NCBI GenBank assembly: GCA_964537685.1
Contig: CAZICM010000102.1
Coordinates: 1-19,771, forward strand
DNA length: 19,771 nt
DNA from: an uncultured Polyangiaceae bacterium
GTDB lineage: Bacteria > Myxococcota_A > Polyangia > Polyangiales > Polyangiaceae
Direction: 5' to 3'
This document shows positions 15,069-19,771 of this stretch, piece by piece (the stretch's first letter is position 1; the number at the start of each line of letters is the position of its first letter). Made by a program: the position numbers and the translations under genes. Under the pieces are notes generated by a model. The model was given only the letters and a program-made list of their open reading frames with translations, ran no database searches and was not told the origin of the DNA.

Positions 15069-15452
15069 TTACACAGAAAATCGATAGGGTGGAAGCGTTT
15101 CAATCGTATTCATCACTGTGCGCCCATTCGCCGAGCGCGCCACATAGTGCGTTCCCATATCCACGATGGGCTTTTCCCGTTCGGGTATGGGCTCGCCCTC
15201 TTCCGCTTCTTCTTCGGCCGCCTCCGGCTCGACATTTAAATCTAAATCGCCGGGATCTTCGCCCGATGGCTGTTCGGGCTTCACCACGCTGGTCGCCCCA
15301 ATGCTCGCCAATAACTCGCGTATCCCGTCCTCGCCGCCTTCGTAGGCCGACATATCATTGCCAGACACGCCCAGCGCGCCCGCCGCCATGTCCACCGCCG
15401 CGTCCACCAAATCGCCCGCCGACGGAACTTTGATGCCGAAATCGATGCCCAT
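15069..15452 (-). CDS. Small acidic hypothetical protein, last gene of the M23/LysM operon
   Basis: 127 aa with GAGAGG 8 nt upstream of the ATG, which lies 17 nt after the LysM gene stop. It has an acidic low-complexity centre (EPEAAEEEAEEGEP), no signal peptide, and no family that I recognise. Confidence 0.6.
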   Translation of the reverse strand: MGIDFGIKVPSAGDLVDAAVDMAAGALGVSGNDMSAYEGGEDGIRELLASIGATSVVKPEQPSGEDPGDLDLNVEPEAAEEEAEEGEPIPEREKPIVDMGTHYVARSANGRTVMNTIETLPPYRFSV

Positions 15453-15469
15453 AAACTCAAACCTCTCTT

Positions 15470-16093
15470 CTATGAACCGTATTCGTCCTCAAGCGCCTTC
15501 GCCGTCTTGTCGTCCAGCTCGCCCGTCGGCTCTATCCCTTTGATGCGCTGAAAATCCGATATCGCTTGCTTGGTTTCGTCGTCGAGATCGCCGTGTATGC
15601 CGCCTTCGTAGAGCCGGAAGTTTCTCAGCCGTCCCTGCGCTCCCGATGCCTGTTTCGCCGGATCGATGTGTCCAAGCGCCAGCGTGTAGCGCTGCCTCCG
15701 CTTCGGCAAAAATAAAGTCACCGTGCTTAAATCCGCGGGGATATCGGCCTTCAGCTTGCCCGAACCGTCGGTCTTGCCTTCTATTTCTTCGCCCAAGAGC
15801 CCCAGCACATAAGGCTCGTTCGGCAGAGGTTTTAGGTTTGCCGTCAGCTTTAAATGAATCGTCGCCTTCTCGAGCTTGACTTGAAAGGTGTGCCGCTTCT
15901 TCGTCTCGGCCGACTCCATCTTGCGCGTCCGATCGGGCACAAACACCTTGTCGCCCGGATGGAGCACATTGGGATCTTTGCGCTTGTCGCGCAGCTCTTG
16001 ATTCTGGCCGGCCTCCCACAAAAGCTTCCAGGGCATGCCGTGCTTGGCCGCGATGCTCGCGATGCAATCCCCTTGCTTTACCGTGTAATACAT
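15470..16093 (-). CDS. LysM-domain protein with a C-terminal peptidoglycan-binding-like (PGB1-type) repeat
   Basis: 207 aa. The N-terminal YTVKQGDCIASIAAKHGMPWKLLWEAGQNQELRDKRKDPNVLHPGDKVFVP is a LysM domain. The C-terminal GDLDDETKQAISDFQRIKGIEPTGELDDKTAKAL resembles a PG_binding_1 helix pair. AAGGAG lies upstream. There is no signal peptide. Confidence 0.75.
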   Translation of the reverse strand: MYYTVKQGDCIASIAAKHGMPWKLLWEAGQNQELRDKRKDPNVLHPGDKVFVPDRTRKMESAETKKRHTFQVKLEKATIHLKLTANLKPLPNEPYVLGLLGEEIEGKTDGSGKLKADIPADLSTVTLFLPKRRQRYTLALGHIDPAKQASGAQGRLRNFRLYEGGIHGDLDDETKQAISDFQRIKGIEPTGELDDKTAKALEDEYGS

Positions 16094-16114
16094 GGCTCTT
16101 CGCTCCTTCGCGCT

Positions 16115-16894
16115 CTATTCCGTCGGCATGTTCTTGCGCCACTGCGCAAGATAGGGCGTTGGATTGATTAAATCCGAGCGGCGCTGATATGGCGGGTTGC
16201 CCCTCACCGTGAGCCCTCCCGATGCCTGACCGCTGTACATCTCCAAATGGAGCATGTCGGACGGTACGCGAATCCCCACCAAATGCCCTACGCGCGCAAT
16301 GCGCTGGCCCGCTTGGACTTTGTCGCCTTCGCGCACCGTGGTCTTCGATTGGATCTCGCCATAGCGGATCACAAAGTCGCCGTGATCGACTTCCAGCGCA
16401 TAGGTGTCGCAATAAAAATAATAAGGTCCGCGAATCACCTTGCCGTTTCTTACGGCATGTATCCAAGTGCCCAGCGGCGCATAGAGATCGCAGCCCGCAT
16501 GCTTGCGGCCCCCGCTTCGCCCAGACCCAAAGCTGCCCGGATTCTTCGTCCAGCTTTCCGAGTACACACGCGAGAGCGGAAAATACGTGCCGCCTCCGCC
16601 CGTTGTGGCCACCGGCGTATGAGGCGGGGTCGCTGTGTCCACGCCCGAACCGATATTGGTCGCATTGGGATTTTCGAGCAGCGACCAGGTTTTAGGGCCA
16701 ACGACGCCATCATCGCGCTCGCCGTGCTTGCGCTGAAACGCCTTGACGGCTTGCAGCGTGCCCGGGCCGAAATAGCCGTCGGTGCCCACATGGAAACCCC
16801 AGCGAAGAAGCTGTCGCTGCATCGTTTGAACCTCATCGCGTAAATGAGGGGAATGATCGGGATAACCGTCGTTCAGTCGAAGTGTCGGATGCAT
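16115..16894 (-). CDS. Peptidoglycan-binding domain plus M23 (LytM/lysostaphin-type) metallopeptidase-like protein without a signal peptide; candidate T6SS cargo effector
   Basis: 259 aa. The N-terminal VQTMQRQLLRWGFHVGTDGYFGPGTLQAVKAFQRKHGERDDGVVGPKTWSLL is a PG_binding_1 domain. The M23-like core has HAGCD (HxxxD), LEVDHGDFVIRYGEI and GQRIARVGHL...SDMLHLEMY. The gene is divergent from vgrG. Confidence 0.8.
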   Translation of the reverse strand: MHPTLRLNDGYPDHSPHLRDEVQTMQRQLLRWGFHVGTDGYFGPGTLQAVKAFQRKHGERDDGVVGPKTWSLLENPNATNIGSGVDTATPPHTPVATTGGGGTYFPLSRVYSESWTKNPGSFGSGRSGGRKHAGCDLYAPLGTWIHAVRNGKVIRGPYYFYCDTYALEVDHGDFVIRYGEIQSKTTVREGDKVQAGQRIARVGHLVGIRVPSDMLHLEMYSGQASGGLTVRGNPPYQRRSDLINPTPYLAQWRKNMPTE

Positions 16895-17035
16895 GGCTAA
16901 ATCCGCCTAGGAGTGTAAGCCATAAACAGGGGCTTCCTCCACTGTTTGCTTACGGTGTATGTTCAGAAGCCGGGCCGGGCGCCGCCGCCTTGGGGCATCC
17001 GCTTCTGCCCACCTGCCAAATGGAGGAACCGGGTC

Positions 17036-19117
17036 ATGCCGGTCTTAGAGCTGTCTTTTGCATCCGGAGAATCTTCTCTCGGTGTGCGCCGGTTTTCGGT
17101 GCATGAAACGCTTTCCAGCTTGTTTTCAGTGTCCGTCTGGGCGCGCTCGGAGAATCCGGGTGTCGATTTAGAGGCGCTGATCGGTCAGGAGGCTTCGCTG
17201 CGTGTTCAGAGCGGCGTGAAATTCGCGCGGCTCGGCGGGGCACGGCTGTGGACGGGCATTGTCAGCAATGCTCAGCAGGTGCAGGCCGTGATTCCCGGAG
17301 GCGGCACCAAGGAGCTTTCGACCTATTACGTGCGCATTGTGCCCAAGCTGTGGCTTTTGACCCAGAAGCGCAATTACCGGGTGTTCCAGCACCAATCGAT
17401 TCCAGACATCGTTGAAAAGATTTTGGGCGACTGGGCGATCGAGCCGACGTGGAAGCTGGGCGGAGAACATCCCAAGCTCGAGTTTAAGGTTCAGTACGCG
17501 GAGAGCGACTACTCGTTTATCAGCCGGCTCTTGGAGGAGGCCGGGATTGCCTTCTGGTTCCCCGATGATGACAACAACGGCTCAAAGCTGTTTTTGGGCG
17601 ACAAGCTCGAGTCGGGCGAGCTGAGGCCGGGCGAGGCGCTGAGTTTCGTCGACAATCCCAATCAAGAGGCCGAAAAAGAATTTGTCACGCGGGTTCGCAT
17701 TTCCCACGAAGTGAAGCCGGGCGCGCATGTGATGCGGTCTTTTGATTTCCGCAATCCGACCTTTAATTTAATGGGCGACGGCCCTCAGCTTATGGGCGCG
17801 GATGGGCGTTTCGAGCAATATCACTACGAACCCAACTCATTTAATATTGAGACCGACAAGGGCGGCAACACACCGGTCGCGGACGACAAAGGCACGGCGA
17901 GACATAGCGAAGCCTATGGGCGGGAGCGGGCCGAAAAGCGTTTATTGGCCGAGCGTTCGGGGCACCGGGCCGTCACATTCGACACAAACACCATCGATTT
18001 ATGGCCTGGGCAAATTCTAAAAATTGACCGGCATCCCCACGGTGAAATCAACGATTCGAGCAAGCTTCTGGTGACAGAGTTTTCGGTCGAAGGCACACCG
18101 GAAGGCGAATGGAACATGTCGGCGAGGGCCGTGTTTACGGATATGCCTTACCGGCCTCAGAACAAGACGCCCAAACCCCGGGTTGAAGGCGTACAGAGCG
18201 CGCTGGTCGTCGGACCGAAGGGCCAAGAGATTCACACCGATGAATTTGGCCGGGTTCGCGTGCATTTTCCCTGGGATCGGGAAAGCAAATCGGACGATTT
18301 CAGTTCGCTGTGGGTGCGCGTAAGCCAGGGCTGGGCGGGCACGGGTTATGGAATGATTGTGATTCCGCGCATTGGCCAAGAAGTATTGGTGGCCTTTGTG
18401 GCGGGCGATCCCGATCAGCCCATTGTGGTTGGCCGGGTATTCAACGCGACGCAGACGCCGCCCTATAAATTGCCCGAACACAAGACAAGAAGCACCTGGA
18501 AGAGCGACTCATCGCTGGGCTCGGACGGCTTTAACGAGATTATGTTCGAGGATCTCAAAGGCCACGAACTCGTATGGGAACAGGCGCAGAAGAACCGGAG
18601 GCGCCTGGTCAAAAACGACGAGTTTATAACCGTCGTCCACGATCGGCAGAAACTGGTCAAGCACGACGAAACCGAGCGAACGCTGGGTTTTGTAAAGATC
18701 TACATCGGCAAAGATCAAGACATTGTCATCAAGCATGACAAGCGCGAGCGCGTAGAAGGCAATAGCCATTTGCGCATATACGGCAAACGCAACCAACAGG
18801 TGGATGGCAAGCAATCCCTAACGGTAAAGGGCGACCGGCATGAGATTGTCGAGAAGAATCATGCGCTTGCGGCCGGCGAAGAGATTCATATCTCGGCGGG
18901 CACCCAACTGGTCATCGAAGCCGATCAGGACATTACGATCAAAGGTCCGGGCGGCTTTGTACGCATTGATTCGAGCGGCGTGATCATCAACGGCAAGACA
19001 GTAAAGATCAACAGCGGCGGATCGCCTGGATCGGGCAAAGGCTCGAGCCCGGATGCACCGGTTGAAGCGGTGGAAGGCAATACCGACGACGTGAGCAAGA
19101 CGCTCATTGGTCAATAG
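17036..19117 (+). CDS. vgrG: Type VI secretion system spike protein VgrG (TssI)
   Basis: The N-terminus MPVLELSFASGESSLGVRRFSVHETLSSLFSVSV is typical of VgrG. Other matching blocks are YYVRIVPKLWLLTQKRNYRVFQHQSIPDIVEKIL, VQYAESDYSFISRLLEEAGIAFWF, the gp5 OB-fold block RVHFPWDRES...WVRVSQGWAGTGYGMIVIPRIGQEVLVAFVAGDPDQPIVVGRVFN, and C-terminal beta-helix repeats. GGAGGA lies 8 nt upstream of the ATG at 17036. The track start at 16946 is an upstream in-frame extension. Confidence 0.93.
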   Translation: MPVLELSFASGESSLGVRRFSVHETLSSLFSVSVWARSENPGVDLEALIGQEASLRVQSGVKFARLGGARLWTGIVSNAQQVQAVIPGGGTKELSTYYVRIVPKLWLLTQKRNYRVFQHQSIPDIVEKILGDWAIEPTWKLGGEHPKLEFKVQYAESDYSFISRLLEEAGIAFWFPDDDNNGSKLFLGDKLESGELRPGEALSFVDNPNQEAEKEFVTRVRISHEVKPGAHVMRSFDFRNPTFNLMGDGPQLMGADGRFEQYHYEPNSFNIETDKGGNTPVADDKGTARHSEAYGRERAEKRLLAERSGHRAVTFDTNTIDLWPGQILKIDRHPHGEINDSSKLLVTEFSVEGTPEGEWNMSARAVFTDMPYRPQNKTPKPRVEGVQSALVVGPKGQEIHTDEFGRVRVHFPWDRESKSDDFSSLWVRVSQGWAGTGYGMIVIPRIGQEVLVAFVAGDPDQPIVVGRVFNATQTPPYKLPEHKTRSTWKSDSSLGSDGFNEIMFEDLKGHELVWEQAQKNRRRLVKNDEFITVVHDRQKLVKHDETERTLGFVKIYIGKDQDIVIKHDKRERVEGNSHLRIYGKRNQQVDGKQSLTVKGDRHEIVEKNHALAAGEEIHISAGTQLVIEADQDITIKGPGGFVRIDSSGVIINGKTVKINSGGSPGSGKGSSPDAPVEAVEGNTDDVSKTLIGQ

Positions 19118-19141
19118 AGCGATAGCGATAAGGAGAGGACG

Positions 19142-19510
19142 ATGCCTGCGGTATCACGCATCACAGATCTGCATACCTGTCCCGCGCACGGCGGAGGTCC
19201 GGTCATTACGGGCGAAACCTCGGTCATCATTGGCAATCAGCCGGTAGCGCGGGTAGGCGACAAAATGGTCTGCGGGCCATCCGTCGATGTGATTGTTCAA
19301 GGGGAAAACTCAGTAACCGTGGGATATATGCCTGTAGCCCGCATTGGCGACGGAACGGCGCACGGCGGAAAGCTATCCAAAGGCGATCCCACGGTTATCA
19401 TCGGCTCGAGTCCTCAGAACGAAACACTAAAAACGGACAAGCCTTTCTGCGAAGAATGCGAACGCGCGAGAAAAGAAGAGGAAGCGCGGGCCCAGCGCGG
19501 AAAGGCATAG
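19142..19510 (+). CDS. PAAR-domain protein (T6SS spike tip)
   Basis: 122 aa. ITDLHTCPAHGGGPVITGETSVIIGNQPVARVGDKMVC...VTVGYMPVARIGDGTAHGGKLSKGDPTVIIG is a PAAR-repeat pattern. AAGGAGAGG lies upstream, and the gene sits immediately downstream of vgrG. It has a short charged C-terminal tail with a CEEC motif. Confidence 0.9.
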   Translation: MPAVSRITDLHTCPAHGGGPVITGETSVIIGNQPVARVGDKMVCGPSVDVIVQGENSVTVGYMPVARIGDGTAHGGKLSKGDPTVIIGSSPQNETLKTDKPFCEECERARKEEEARAQRGKA

Positions 19511-19513
19511 CCG

Positions 19514-19771
19514 ATGACGCCTCGATGCATTGTAGAAGTGCGCTGGGGGAAGCTCGGCGGCGAAAAAGCCGTCATTGAACCGGGCAAAACGCTGCGGGTG
19601 GGGCGCACATCGAGGGCCGATTTTGAGATTGCGCACGATAGCAAGATGTCGAATGTGCATTTTGAGCTGTCGTGGGATGGCAAGACATGCACGCTGCGCG
19701 ATTTAGGAAGCATGGCGGGGACCGAGCTTCACGGCGAAAAGATAGGCAAAGAGGCGACTGTACGGCATGGG
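19514..19771 (+). CDS. FHA-domain protein, N-terminal part (runs off the window)
   Basis: Not in the track because it has no stop in the window. The ATG at 19514 lies 3 nt after the PAAR stop. MTPRCIVEVRWGKLGGEKAVIEPGKTLRVGRTSRADFEIAHDSKMSNVHFELSWDGKTCTLRDLGSMAGTELHGEKI fits the FHA pattern (vGR...aD..i.d..vS..H..l......l.DLgS..GT.l.G). Confidence 0.75.
   Translation, partial: MTPRCIVEVRWGKLGGEKAVIEPGKTLRVGRTSRADFEIAHDSKMSNVHFELSWDGKTCTLRDLGSMAGTELHGEKIGKEATVRHG

Noticed and set aside
15097-15105. GTTTCAATC, a possible anti-repeat (complement of the repeat 3' end)
   Set aside because: The match is only 9 nt, lies inside a CDS, and has no extended complementarity. No tracrRNA-like anti-repeat is expected for a class 1 (type I) locus.
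15489-16466. 325-aa minus-strand ORF overlapping the LysM and M23 genes out of frame
   Set aside because: It is extremely Arg/Gly/Ala-rich with no domain signatures. The alternative frames give clean LysM, PG-binding and M23 motifs with RBSs. It is an overlapping-frame artefact.

Overview
Roughly 58-60% GC by eye. This looks like an accessory region of a Myxococcota-like chromosome; that taxon guess is inferred from the PEGA, FHA, kinase-like and Cys-rich-repeat gene content. Contents from left to right:
(1) The 5' part of a minus-strand SpvB/FG-GAP Tc-toxin-like lipoprotein gene (1-1804). It is missing from the ORF track because it runs off the window.
(2) A 630-bp divergent intergenic region holding about 8 tandem copies of a 42-bp unit.
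(3) A type I-C-like adaptation module, cas4-cas1-cas2, then a leader and a CRISPR array of 34 repeats and 33 spacers (4656-7056). No interference genes occur anywhere in the window.
(4) A plus-strand operon of secreted and membrane proteins that ends in a membrane-anchored tandem pseudokinase.
(5) Three tandem paralogous XRE-HTH genes. The middle one carries a solitary CRISPR half-repeat in its 5' UTR, and the flanks of that half-repeat are homologous to spacer 26 of the array.
(6) A DUF4256 gene.
(7) A T6SS accessory island: a minus-strand operon (PG-binding/M23 peptidase, LysM protein, acidic protein) divergent from vgrG-PAAR-FHA (the FHA gene is partial).
The most unusual observations are the link between the solitary half-repeat, spacer 26 and the XRE gene; a 24-bp repeat with a palindromic core that brackets the envelope/pseudokinase module; the 42-bp tandem array upstream of cas4; and the I-C module that lacks effector genes. 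All domain calls were made by eye from motifs. No searches were run.
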